Source: Christensenellaceae bacterium
GTDB lineage: Bacteria > Bacillota > Clostridia > Christensenellales > Borkfalkiaceae
Length of the DNA: 64,000 bases
Direction of reading: 5' to 3'
NCBI GenBank assembly: GCA_045590475.1
Contig: JAZNQZ010000038.1
Location: forward strand, 1,700 to 65,699
In this document: positions 36,262 to 45,471 of the stretch, one piece after another
How the letters are laid out: every line of letters begins with the position of its first letter
How positions within the stretch are numbered: position 1 is the stretch's first letter
Notes under the pieces: model-generated
Databases searched by the model: none
The model's input: the letters and a program-made list of their open reading frames with translations, nothing else
Told to the model about the DNA's origin: nothing
Translations under genes and position numbers: made by a program

Positions 36262-37287
36262 ATGAAGATTTTAGTTGATGCTTTTGGTGGGGATAATTCT
36301 CCAAGCCAGATTATTGAAGGAACAATTTCAGCAGTTAATGAAAGACAAGGCTTTACTGCCGTTATGGTTGGTAAAGAAGAAATTATTAAGGAAGAATTAA
36401 AAAAATATTCATACCCAAAAGAAAGAGTGGAAATCATTAACGCAAGCGAAGTTATTACTTGCGAAGAAGAACCAACCGTTGCAATTAGAAGAAAACCGGA
36501 TAGTTCGCTTTGCGTTGCATTTAAAACCTTAAAAGAAAACGATGAAATGAAGGCTTTCGTTTCAGCAGGTTCAACGGGTGCAGTGTTGGTTGGCGCAACC
36601 CTAAAACTCGGTAGAATTAAAGGGGTTAATCGTCCTGCCTTATGCCCAGCACTTCCAACGCTTGACGACGATAAAAAGGTGTTTTTGATGGACTGTGGCG
36701 CAAATGCCGATTGCAAGGCAATTAACCTGGTTCAATTCGCGCTTATGGGCACGGCTTATGCTGAAGCACACGGCGTGATAAATCCAAAAGTAGCACTTTT
36801 GTCTAACGGAACGGAAGATGAAAAAGGAAACGCCTTAAATCACGAAGTTTTCCCAATATTAAAAGCCCTTCACGAAGAAGGCAAAATCAACTTCGTTGGA
36901 AACATCGAAGGTAGAGATATCATGAACGGCAAGCAAGACGTGGTTGTTACCGAAGGATTTAGTGGAAATATCGCGCTTAAAGCAATCGAAGGCGCAGTGG
37001 GCGTGGTTATGAAGACCATTAAATCGGGGATTTATTCTAGTTTGTCTGGTAAAATCGGTGGTTTATTCTTAAAAAAGACCTTTGCTACTCTTAAAGATAA
37101 ATTAGATTATCAAAAGAAAGGTGGAGCACTTTTCATAGGTGTTAATAAACCTGTTATTAAGGCGCACGGCTCTTCAACTGCCGACGCGTTTAAGAACGCC
37201 GTTTTACAAACGGTTGATTACGCTGAGTTCAATATTTCTCAAAAGATTACTGAAAAACTTGCGCTTTATCAACCACAAGGTGAATAA
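36262..37287 (+). CDS. plsX: Phosphate acyltransferase PlsX
   Basis: MKILVDAFGGDNSP N-terminus and MDCGAN, GNIEGRD, GFSGNIALK motifs. Confidence 0.93.
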   Translation: MKILVDAFGGDNSPSQIIEGTISAVNERQGFTAVMVGKEEIIKEELKKYSYPKERVEIINASEVITCEEEPTVAIRRKPDSSLCVAFKTLKENDEMKAFVSAGSTGAVLVGATLKLGRIKGVNRPALCPALPTLDDDKKVFLMDCGANADCKAINLVQFALMGTAYAEAHGVINPKVALLSNGTEDEKGNALNHEVFPILKALHEEGKINFVGNIEGRDIMNGKQDVVVTEGFSGNIALKAIEGAVGVVMKTIKSGIYSSLSGKIGGLFLKKTFATLKDKLDYQKKGGALFIGVNKPVIKAHGSSTADAFKNAVLQTVDYAEFNISQKITEKLALYQPQGE

Positions 37288-37289
37288 AG

Positions 37290-37991
37290 ATGATTTTTGA
37301 AATCGATGAAATTGAAAGAAAGATAGGCTATACTTTTAAGGATAAACTTCTTTTGCGTCAATGCTTTACACATTCTTCTTATGCTTATGAAAACGGGGAA
37401 AAGGATAACGAACTTTTGGAGTTTTTTGGTGATTCCATTATGGAATTTATCGTCACCGAATATCTTTATAAGCACAATTTAGGCGATGAAGGAAAGTTAA
37501 CTTATATTCGCGCTGAAATCGTTTCAAAAACCCCTCTTTTAGAATCGGTTAGAAATTTAGGGCTCACTGAACACGTCTTGTTAGGCAACGGCGCAAAAAA
37601 GCATATCAGTCCTGACGACAAGTTGTTTTCAAGTATATACGAAGCCTTAGTTGCTGGTATGTATTTTGACGGCGGATTAGCCCAAGTTAGAAAGTTCGTT
37701 AAAAAAACCATTATCAACGACTACTTAAAAAAGGCTAAACAAAGGGAAAAAGCCAATAAAAATATCGACGCAAAAAGTTTATTGCAAGAATACGTTCAAA
37801 AAACTAAAATCGGGTCGATTAGATATACTTTACTTTGGAAAAAGGGACCTGACCACAATCCTGAATTTAAAGTGGCGGTTCTTCTAAATAACGGTAAGAT
37901 TGCAGAAGGGAAAGGGCCGAGCAAGAAACTTGCCGAAATGAAAGCAGCGTCAGTTGCTCTTAAAAAAATTAAAGGTGGTAATAAACAGTGA
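37290..37991 (+). CDS. rnc: Ribonuclease III
   Basis: RNase III signature ELLEFFGDS and a C-terminal dsRBD (PDHNPEFKVAV...GKGPSKKLAEMKAA). Confidence 0.93.
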   Translation: MIFEIDEIERKIGYTFKDKLLLRQCFTHSSYAYENGEKDNELLEFFGDSIMEFIVTEYLYKHNLGDEGKLTYIRAEIVSKTPLLESVRNLGLTEHVLLGNGAKKHISPDDKLFSSIYEALVAGMYFDGGLAQVRKFVKKTIINDYLKKAKQREKANKNIDAKSLLQEYVQKTKIGSIRYTLLWKKGPDHNPEFKVAVLLNNGKIAEGKGPSKKLAEMKAASVALKKIKGGNKQ

Positions 37992-40900
37992 ATTTCGAAA
38001 AAGTTGAAATTTACGGATTTAAATCTTTTGCCGATAAGGCGGAAATTAAGTTTGGTAACGGAATAACGGGTATCGTTGGACCTAACGGTTGCGGTAAAAG
38101 TAACGTTGCCGACGCTATTCGCTGGGTGTTAGGTGAACAATCGGCTAAATCTTTGCGTGGTTCAAGCATGCAAGACGTTATTTTTAGTGGAACTCAAGGT
38201 AGAAAATCACTATCGTATTGTGAAGTTTCGTTGTTCTTCGATAACTCTACTAAAATGTTTAACGTCGATTATAACGAAGTTATCATAACACGTAAACTAT
38301 TCCGTAGTGGCGAAAGTGAATATTACATAAATAAGCAACCTGCAAGACTTCGCGATATCGTTGAACTTTTGCACGAATGCGGTATCGGTAAAGAAGGGTA
38401 TACCATTATCGGTCAAGGTAGAGTTGAAGAGATTATGTCGGCTAAACCTGAAGACCGTCGTTTGATATTTGAAGAAGCAACGGGCATTGCTAAATTTAAG
38501 ACTAGAAAGAACGAATCGGAAAGAAAGTTAGAGCGCACGCGTGAAAACATGATGCGTTTTAACGATATTTTAGCGGAAATTGAAAATCAATTAGGACCTT
38601 TAGAACGTCAGGCTGAAAAGGCAAAAGAATTCAACGAACTTTCTGCGCAATTAAAATTCCACGAACTCAACACATATATCGCTAAGGTTGACGGCGTTGA
38701 AACGGCTAAGGGTAAAATCTATACTAGAATTAAAGGTTTAGATGAAGAAACTGCCCTTCGCCAAGGTGAATTTACTACGGCGCAAGAAGAATATGATAAG
38801 ATTTTTAGTGAAATTAACGACGCTGATATTAGACTTAAAAATTTAAATGATGAACTTTTAGAAAAACGCGTTAGCATGGAAAAATCTTCGGGTGCTAAGC
38901 AACTTTACGAAGAAAAAATTTCATACCTCTTAGGTCAAGTTGAACGCGCTGAAAAGGAAATTGAAGAAAACATTAAACTCGTTGACGATTGTAAGCACCA
39001 ATTTTCTTCAAACACCTTAAAATTAAACGAAGATAAAGTTCAACTTTCTTCGTTGCAAGAAAAAGCCGAAAAACTAAGCAAAAAACTCTTATCTTTAAGT
39101 GAAAAAATCGCACTCGGCGAAGAACTTGCCGATGAAAATCGCAAGAAGATTATTGAATCTATCGAATCTTTATCAAACATCAAATTAAATAAAGGTACGA
39201 TGTCTATTGAGAAAACCAACTTAACTTCTAAATTGGAAGAATTAACTGAAAGGTTAGACGCGCAATCGGTTAAGAGAGAAGGTTTATTTAACGAAAAGGA
39301 AAGATGCGATAAAAATATCGATGAACTTGACCGTTCGGTTTTCGATTTGAAGAATAAAATTGAAGATAAAGAAAATCAAGTTAGAAATTGCAACGAAGAA
39401 GTTGCAAAGGCTGACAATGCAATCTATTCGTTAAATTCAGTAGTTACAACTTTAATTACTAAGGATAACTTCTATAAAGCGTTAAAAGATAACTACGACG
39501 GGTATGCACCAGCCGTTAAAAATTTATTTAATCGCGCCAAAGAAAACGCTGAACTTAAAAAGCGCATAAAAGGCGTTGTGGCTGAACTTATTAAAAGCGA
39601 TAAAAAGTTCGATATTGCTTTGGAAACAGCATTATCTGCTTCTCAACAAAACGTCGTTACGGCAACTCCAGAAGACGCTAAATATTTGATTGAATATTTA
39701 AAGGTTAATAAATTAGGTAGAATTACCTTCTTGCCTATAACTTCAGTTAAACCTAGAGAACAAAGTTTAGCAGTTACTAAAGCACTTAACGAAAACGGTG
39801 CGCTTGGTGTTGCCAACGAACTCGTTACCTACGATAAACAATATGAAAACGTTATTTCTAACCTTTTAGGAAACACTCTTATCGTAGACACTTTGGAAAA
39901 CGCAACCAAAATTGCCGATAAATATCGTTTCGCCTTTAAGATGGTTACTTTAGACGGTGACGTTTTTACCACTCAAGGCGCAATGACTGGTGGTTCAAGA
40001 AGAACTGACGCTGTTGGACTATTATCAAACGATAGAAAAATTGAAGATAATGCCGAACAACTTCGCATAAAACGTGAAGAAATGGCTAAAATTAAACAAG
40101 ATAAGGCTGAACTTGAAGTTAAACGCGATAAGGCGTTAGACGAACTTTCAGTATTAAACGATTTGTATAACGAAAAGCGTCAACAAATCTTAATTGAACG
40201 CGAAAAACAAGCCGTTGCAGAAAAATCTTTGAGTGAAATCGGTAGAGAAATTGAATCGGTTAGCGATTTAATTGAAGAAGTTAAAGCGAAGATTGTTAAA
40301 CTTGACGCTGACTTCGTTGAAGTTTTAAGTGGTGGTGACAAACTTGAAACGGATAAAGAAACTGCAAAACAATCTGCCGACAAACAACAACAAGAATATG
40401 ACGCGTTAAAGAAAGAACGTGACGCGTTGGCGTTTGAAAGCACTGAAGTTCAAGTAAAAATTACCGAAATTAAGGGTGAAATCGCTAGTTTAGAAACGGA
40501 AAACAAGCGTTTAGGCGACTTAATAGTTGAAACCGAACAAACTAACGAAGGATTAAAAAAGAGCAACGTTGGTGCTGGTGAAATCATTGAAGAACTTCGC
40601 CGTGACCAAGAAAAAGTTGCTTTAACAAAAGCCGAACAAGATTACATTAATTCTATTCGTTCTAAGATTGAAAATATTGAAAGTTATAAACTTGAACTCC
40701 GTGAACGCTTAAATTATAACGATGAAAAGAAAAAGACTTTAACAACTACTTTAAGCGAATTAGCAGAGAAAAAGCACGTTGAAGAGATTGCTCTTGCCAA
40801 AATTGACTCCGACTTAGAATATTTAGGTCAAAGTATTTGGGAAGATTATCAAGAAACTTATGAAACGGCTGTTAAAGTTCGTGAAGAAGGTTACGATGCA

Positions 40901-41584
40901 ACTCACGGTGAACAAGAAATTAATCGCATAAGAAGAAAGCGTTCTTCACTCGGTGCGATTAACGCAACTGCTATCGACGATTGCAAGGCGCTAAAAGAAC
41001 GTTATGATGAAATGACGGCGCAAAAAGAAGACTTAGAAAAGGCTGAAAAGGACTTAAAAGAAGCAATCGATAAGATTAAGGCTGAGATGCTTACTCAGTT
41101 TGACGAAGGCTTTACTAAGATTAATGAAAACTTCCAAAGAATATTTAAAGAACTCTTTGGTGGTGGACGCGCTATGCTTGAAATCGATTATACCGACGTT
41201 GAAGATAGGCTAGAAGCAGGTATTGAAATCGTTGCCGAACCACCGGGAAAGAAACTTCAAAAACTCTCACTTCTCTCTGGTGGTGAAAAGGCGCTTACTG
41301 CTATTGCAATTTTATTCTCTATCTTAAAACTTCGTCCAATGCCATTTTGCGTACTCGACGAAATTGAAGCGGCTCTCGACGAAGCAAACGTTGATAGATT
41401 TGCAAGATACTTGCAAAAATTTAGTCAAGAAACGCAATTTATCGTTATCACTCACAGAAAACCTACTATGGAAATGGCAGACGCATTATTCGGCGTAACC
41501 ATGCAAGAAAAGGGTGTTTCTAAGATGGTTTCAGTTAAACTTGCAGACGTTGCTGAAATTACGGGCGACCAAACGCTTGCTTAA
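37988..41584 (+). CDS. smc: Chromosome segregation protein SMC
   Basis: Walker A GPNGCGKSN, long coiled coils, hinge (GYAPAV...GRITFLP), signature LSGGEK, Walker B FCVLDEIEAALD. The GTG start overlaps the rnc stop. Confidence 0.95.
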   Translation: MNFEKVEIYGFKSFADKAEIKFGNGITGIVGPNGCGKSNVADAIRWVLGEQSAKSLRGSSMQDVIFSGTQGRKSLSYCEVSLFFDNSTKMFNVDYNEVIITRKLFRSGESEYYINKQPARLRDIVELLHECGIGKEGYTIIGQGRVEEIMSAKPEDRRLIFEEATGIAKFKTRKNESERKLERTRENMMRFNDILAEIENQLGPLERQAEKAKEFNELSAQLKFHELNTYIAKVDGVETAKGKIYTRIKGLDEETALRQGEFTTAQEEYDKIFSEINDADIRLKNLNDELLEKRVSMEKSSGAKQLYEEKISYLLGQVERAEKEIEENIKLVDDCKHQFSSNTLKLNEDKVQLSSLQEKAEKLSKKLLSLSEKIALGEELADENRKKIIESIESLSNIKLNKGTMSIEKTNLTSKLEELTERLDAQSVKREGLFNEKERCDKNIDELDRSVFDLKNKIEDKENQVRNCNEEVAKADNAIYSLNSVVTTLITKDNFYKALKDNYDGYAPAVKNLFNRAKENAELKKRIKGVVAELIKSDKKFDIALETALSASQQNVVTATPEDAKYLIEYLKVNKLGRITFLPITSVKPREQSLAVTKALNENGALGVANELVTYDKQYENVISNLLGNTLIVDTLENATKIADKYRFAFKMVTLDGDVFTTQGAMTGGSRRTDAVGLLSNDRKIEDNAEQLRIKREEMAKIKQDKAELEVKRDKALDELSVLNDLYNEKRQQILIEREKQAVAEKSLSEIGREIESVSDLIEEVKAKIVKLDADFVEVLSGGDKLETDKETAKQSADKQQQEYDALKKERDALAFESTEVQVKITEIKGEIASLETENKRLGDLIVETEQTNEGLKKSNVGAGEIIEELRRDQEKVALTKAEQDYINSIRSKIENIESYKLELRERLNYNDEKKKTLTTTLSELAEKKHVEEIALAKIDSDLEYLGQSIWEDYQETYETAVKVREEGYDATHGEQEINRIRRKRSSLGAINATAIDDCKALKERYDEMTAQKEDLEKAEKDLKEAIDKIKAEMLTQFDEGFTKINENFQRIFKELFGGGRAMLEIDYTDVEDRLEAGIEIVAEPPGKKLQKLSLLSGGEKALTAIAILFSILKLRPMPFCVLDEIEAALDEANVDRFARYLQKFSQETQFIVITHRKPTMEMADALFGVTMQEKGVSKMVSVKLADVAEITGDQTLA

Positions 41585-41613
41585 TTTATTAAAAACAATT
41601 ATTAAGGAATTTT

Positions 41614-42510
41614 ATGGGATTATTCAGTAAACTTAAAGCCGTTTTAACAAAAACTCGTGACGGAATATCGAAAAAACTCAACGACTTGTTCGCTAAGAAT
41701 AAACTAGGCGAAGAGTTTTACGAAGAACTTGAAGATATTTTAATTTCTGCTGACGTTTCGGTTAAAACAACCATGGAAATCGTCGATGAAATTCGCGACG
41801 TGGCTATAAAAGAAAAGTGTAAAGATAAAGATTACGTTATCGAATTATTAAAGAACGAACTTTTTGAAACACTTGATTATGCCGACGCGCTCACCGTTAA
41901 ATCACCTGCCGTTATTATGGTAGTTGGGGTTAACGGTGTGGGTAAAACCACAACGATTGGTAAACTTGCAAACAAGTTTGTAAAAGAAGGTAAAAGCGTT
42001 ACTATCGCTGCGGGTGATACGTTTAGGGCAGCCGCAAGCGACCAACTCTCAGTTTGGGCTGAAAGAGCAAAGGTTAGAATAATTAAACACAGCGAAGGGG
42101 CAGATGCTTCAGCAGTCGTGTTTGACGCTATTGAATCTGCAAAGGCAAAAAATACCGACGTTTTGATTATCGATACTGCAGGTAGACTTCACGTTAAAGC
42201 AAATTTAATGGAAGAATTAAAGAAAATGGATAGGGTTGTTAAACGCGAATATCCAAACGCTAACTATTATAAATTGATTGCACTTGATGCGACTACCGGT
42301 CAAAACGCTTATAACCAAGTTGAAGTGTTTAATGAAGCAGTAGGTATTGACGGAATAATTTTAACTAAACTAGACGGAACGGCTAAGGGTGGATTTATAA
42401 TCTCTCTATCATACGAATTGGAAGTTCCCGTATGTTTCGTTGGAACGGGCGAAAAAATTGACGATATTGAAGATTTTGATGCAAAAGATTTCGTTGACAG
42501 TATGTTTTAA
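41614..42510 (+). CDS. ftsY: Signal recognition particle receptor FtsY (NG domain only)
   Basis: GVNGVGKTTT, DTAGRL and TKLDGTAKGG motifs. 298 aa. Confidence 0.95.
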   Translation: MGLFSKLKAVLTKTRDGISKKLNDLFAKNKLGEEFYEELEDILISADVSVKTTMEIVDEIRDVAIKEKCKDKDYVIELLKNELFETLDYADALTVKSPAVIMVVGVNGVGKTTTIGKLANKFVKEGKSVTIAAGDTFRAAASDQLSVWAERAKVRIIKHSEGADASAVVFDAIESAKAKNTDVLIIDTAGRLHVKANLMEELKKMDRVVKREYPNANYYKLIALDATTGQNAYNQVEVFNEAVGIDGIILTKLDGTAKGGFIISLSYELEVPVCFVGTGEKIDDIEDFDAKDFVDSMF

Positions 42511-42530
42511 TAATTAACAATAGAAAAAGA

Positions 42531-42555
42531 AAAAGGCGATAAAATATCGCCTTTT
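42531..42555 (+). terminator. Rho-independent terminator for smc-ftsY
   Basis: aaaaggcgat/atcgcctttt stem, 5-nt loop. Confidence 0.7.
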
Positions 42556-42565
42556 AGTTTTTTAA

Positions 42566-42774
42566 TTAACAATCTTTTATTCCTAATAAATAATCTGCGC
42601 TAACGTTAAAGAGTCCAAAAAGAATTATTATCATTTCTGCGTCGGGCAAAGTTTCACCGCGCTCCCATTTGCTTATGCACGATTGCTTTATGTTGCATTT
42701 TTTGCAAGTTCTGTTTGATTAAGTTTGTTTTCAATGCGCAATTCTTTTATGCGCTCTTTTATTAAACACACCAT
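42566..42774 (-). pseudogene. XRE-family helix-turn-helix regulator, disrupted by a 1-nt frameshift in a homopolymer
   Basis: On the minus strand: MVCLIKERIKELRIENKLNQTELAKNAT* in one frame, then ...CNIKQSCISKWERGETLPDAEMIIILFGLFNVSADYLLGIKDC* in the next frame. Joined, they give a typical ~69-aa Cro/C1 HTH. The span is 209 nt (not a multiple of 3), and the frame switch maps to the T6 run at 42698-42703. Confidence 0.6.
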
Positions 42775-42820
42775 ATAATTAAAGTATAGTCGTATTTGGA
42801 ATGTTCTTGTATAAATAGTC

Positions 42821-42849
42821 TTGACAAGACTAATTTTTATTTGTATAAT
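42821..42849 (+). promoter_or_regulatory. Consensus sigma-70 promoter for the orphan lipoprotein gene (TTGACA-17-TATAAT)
   Basis: TTGACA at 42821-42826, exactly 17 nt, TATAAT at 42844-42849. It lies in the divergent region shared with the XRE pseudogene. Confidence 0.6.
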
Positions 42850-42897
42850 CGTCTTAAATAATAATATTCAATATTTATTTAATGATAGGTGCAACAA

Positions 42898-43374
42898 ATG
42901 AAAAAAATTCTTGCTGTTATTTTAGCAATTTTAACAATGTTTATTTTTACTGCTTGTTCTTCTGGAAGTGATGATCCAAATACTCCACCAACAGAACCCG
43001 AACAAGAAACGGCTATATGTTATGAATTTAAATATTATTTGGCTCAATACAATTGTGATGCTAAATATTATTGGGGGGATTCTTATAGAGGAATAGTTTT
43101 TACTGAAAAATATGCTAAATTTATACTAAAAAAGGATAAAACAGCAGACGTTTGGTGGAAAAACGTAAAATATACAGGAAGATGGCGCTATGTTGAAAAT
43201 GAAACTAAAATTGTTTTTGATGATGAAAAACAAAGTGTAGCAATAAAAGATAAATGGATTTCTTCTTCATATGGTGGTTGGTACGAATACTTTATTTATG
43301 ATATAGGTGAAAATTACTATATGTATGAAAATGATTATGTATATTTGACTAAAGATTCAAACTATAAAATTTAA
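42898..43374 (+). CDS. Orphan lipoprotein, Tyr/Trp-rich, function unknown
   Basis: Signal peptide MKKILAVILAILTMFIFTAC with lipobox, an SSGSDDPNTPPTEPEQE linker, and an aromatic-rich body. The start is moved to the ATG at 42898. Confidence 0.6.
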   Translation: MKKILAVILAILTMFIFTACSSGSDDPNTPPTEPEQETAICYEFKYYLAQYNCDAKYYWGDSYRGIVFTEKYAKFILKKDKTADVWWKNVKYTGRWRYVENETKIVFDDEKQSVAIKDKWISSSYGGWYEYFIYDIGENYYMYENDYVYLTKDSNYKI

Positions 43375-43407
43375 AATCAAAAATATATAACTGTTAAGTA
43401 AAAATGC

Positions 43408-43436
43408 TTGACAGTTAATAAAAAAATGGATATAAT
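43408..43436 (+). promoter_or_regulatory. Consensus sigma-70 promoter for ylxM-ffh (TTGACA-17-TATAAT)
   Basis: TTGACA at 43408-43413, exactly 17 nt, TATAAT at 43431-43436. Confidence 0.6.
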
Positions 43437-43439
43437 ATC

Positions 43440-43478
43440 AAGGTGTAAAGCAGTTTTGTTTTACACCTTTGGTTTTTT
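43440..43478 (+). promoter_or_regulatory. Hairpin plus U-tract between the ylxM promoter and the ylxM start (a leader attenuator, or the terminator of the upstream lipoprotein gene)
   Basis: aaggtgtaaa (43440-43449) / tttacacctt (43460-43469), a perfect 10-bp stem with a 10-nt loop, then tggtttttt. The ylxM ATG is at 43482. Confidence 0.55.
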
Positions 43479-43481
43479 ATT

Positions 43482-43787
43482 ATGAAAAAAGATTTAAGAT
43501 ACGTTGAACTTTTTGAAATTTATCAAGGACTTTTAACCGATAAGCAAAGAGAATTATTTTCTTCGCATTATTTTTACGATTTATCGCTTGCTGAGATTGC
43601 CGAACCTTATGGAAGCACAAGGCAAAGCGTATATTCTGCGATAAAAAAGGTTAAAGAAAAGTTAGACGAATATGAAAATCTTTTAAAAATTAAAGAAAAG
43701 AACCAAAAATTAAGGGTTTTAGCCCATAAGATTAGTGCTAACGATAAAAAATCTGCTGATGAAATTATAGATATTATAGGTGAATAA
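43482..43787 (+). CDS. ylxM: YlxM/p13-like putative DNA-binding protein (UPF0122)
   Basis: 101 aa with a sigma-70 region 4-like HTH (DLSLAEIAEPYGSTRQSVYSAIKK). It sits immediately upstream of, and overlaps, ffh, as in Firmicutes. Confidence 0.85.
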   Translation: MKKDLRYVELFEIYQGLLTDKQRELFSSHYFYDLSLAEIAEPYGSTRQSVYSAIKKVKEKLDEYENLLKIKEKNQKLRVLAHKISANDKKSADEIIDIIGE

Positions 43788-45106
43788 TGGCGTTATTTTC
43801 CGGTCTTTCCGAAAAATTAAATCATATTTTCAGTAAGTTAACTAAACACGGACGCTTAACTGAACTTGAAATTAAAACGGCTATGCGTGAAGTTCGTATT
43901 GCGCTTTTAGAAGCGGACGTTAATATTTCAGTTGTTAAAGAATTCGTGACAAAAGTCAGCGAACGCGCCGTTGGGCAAGAAATTATTAAAAATCTTAACC
44001 CAACCCAACAGGTTATAAAAATCGTTAACGAAGAATTGATTGCGCTTATGGGGGCAACCAATTCAAAACTTAATTTTGCACCTAATCCACCAACGGTTAT
44101 AATGATGGCAGGGCTTCAAGGCGCAGGTAAAACCACCTTGGTTGGCAAACTTGCGTTAATGCTTAAAAAACAAGGAAGAAAGCCTTTACTCGTCGCGTGC
44201 GACGTGTATCGTCCAGCAGCAATAAATCAATTAAAAGTGGTTGGTGAAAAGGCAGGTTGCACGGTTTTTGAAAAGGGACAAGGCAATCCTGTAAAAATAG
44301 CAAAAGAGGGCGTTCAACACGCAAAATCTTTTGGGTTTGATACGGTTATTATCGATACTGCTGGTAGACTTCAAATTGACGAACAGTTAATGAAAGAACT
44401 TGAAGATATCAAAGCAGAAGTAAAACCTAGCGAAATTTTGCTCGTTGTTGATTCGATGACGGGGCAAGTTGCCGTTGAAGTGGCTGACACCTTTAATAAG
44501 CGCTTAGAAGTTACCGGTTTAGTATTAACTAAACTTGACGGTGATACGCGTGGTGGTGCAACCCTTTCGATGAAAGCGGTTACGGGCAAACCGATTAAGT
44601 TTTGTTCGGTGGGTGAAAAACTTGGCGATTTAGAGCCGTTTTACCCTGATAGAATGGCAAATCGCATATTAGGTATGGGAGACGTGCTTTCTTTGATTGA
44701 GAAAGCGCAAGAAGCCGTTACCGAAGAGCAAGCCAAAAAAATGGAAAAAAAGTTTAGGGAAAATTCCTTTACTTTAGACGATTATTTAACCCAATTTGAA
44801 ACCATGAATAAAATGGGTGGCATAAGAGAAATTTTAGGTATGCTTCCTGGTATGGGAATGAATAAGGTTAAAATAAACGAAGACGATATTGATGAAAAAA
44901 AGATTGCAAGAACGAAGGCGATTATTCAGTCGATGACTATGTATGAACGCGAAAATCCGTCGGTTATCAACTCTTCAAGAAAGAATAGAATTGCAAAGGG
45001 AAGTGGAACTTCCGTTCAAGAAGTAAACAGATTGTTAAAGCAATTCGAACAAACAAAAGTTATGATGAAGCAAATGAAAAACAACCGTTTTTTTAGAGGC
45101 TTTTGA
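43787..45106 (+). CDS. ffh: Signal recognition particle protein Ffh
   Basis: GLQGAGKTT, DTAGRL, TKLDGDTRGG, and a Met-rich M domain (MLPGMGM). Confidence 0.97.
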   Translation: MALFSGLSEKLNHIFSKLTKHGRLTELEIKTAMREVRIALLEADVNISVVKEFVTKVSERAVGQEIIKNLNPTQQVIKIVNEELIALMGATNSKLNFAPNPPTVIMMAGLQGAGKTTLVGKLALMLKKQGRKPLLVACDVYRPAAINQLKVVGEKAGCTVFEKGQGNPVKIAKEGVQHAKSFGFDTVIIDTAGRLQIDEQLMKELEDIKAEVKPSEILLVVDSMTGQVAVEVADTFNKRLEVTGLVLTKLDGDTRGGATLSMKAVTGKPIKFCSVGEKLGDLEPFYPDRMANRILGMGDVLSLIEKAQEAVTEEQAKKMEKKFRENSFTLDDYLTQFETMNKMGGIREILGMLPGMGMNKVKINEDDIDEKKIARTKAIIQSMTMYERENPSVINSSRKNRIAKGSGTSVQEVNRLLKQFEQTKVMMKQMKNNRFFRGF

Positions 45107-45154
45107 TTATAAAAAATAAAAAAATATATTAAGTTTTTTAAGGAGAACAAAAAA

Positions 45155-45451
45155 ATGGCAGTAAAAATGAGATTAACCAGAATGGGCGACAAGAAGTCAC
45201 CTTTCTACCGTATCGTAATCACCGATTCAAGAAACGCTCGTGATGGAGCATATATTGATAAAGTTGGTCATTACAACCCAACCACTGTTCCAGCAGAAAT
45301 CGTTGTTGATGCTGAAAAGGCTAAAAAATGGCTTGCTAACGGTGTTCAACCAACCGACACGGTTAAAAACATTCTTGTAAATCAAGGCATTCTTCCAAAG
45401 CCTACTAAACTTTCACCGTCTAAGACGAAAGTTCGTAAATCCAGCAAATAA
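45155..45451 (+). CDS. rpsP: 30S ribosomal protein S16
   Basis: [31 protein letters not shown], a canonical S16 N-terminus, with a short basic C-terminal extension. Confidence 0.95.
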   Translation: MAVKMRLTRMGDKKSPFYRIVITDSRNARDGAYIDKVGHYNPTTVPAEIVVDAEKAKKWLANGVQPTDTVKNILVNQGILPKPTKLSPSKTKVRKSSK

Positions 45452-45471
45452 TTTGGATTTAAGGAGTGGCT

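Noticed and set aside
36225-36716. 163-aa minus-strand ORF antisense to plsX. Similar long antisense ORFs occur at 19889-20374 (in coaX), 49334-49798 (in comM), 60079-60471 (in glyA), 47089-47445 (in rbgA), 45878-46219 (in rimM), 25468-25803 (in LRR paralog 2) and 63628-63981 (in the ABC gene).
   Set aside because: Each lies entirely within a gene whose sense strand shows unmistakable family motifs. Their translations are low-complexity (S/L/F/I-rich), have no SD and resemble no known family. They are typical shadow ORFs produced by the codon bias of the sense gene.
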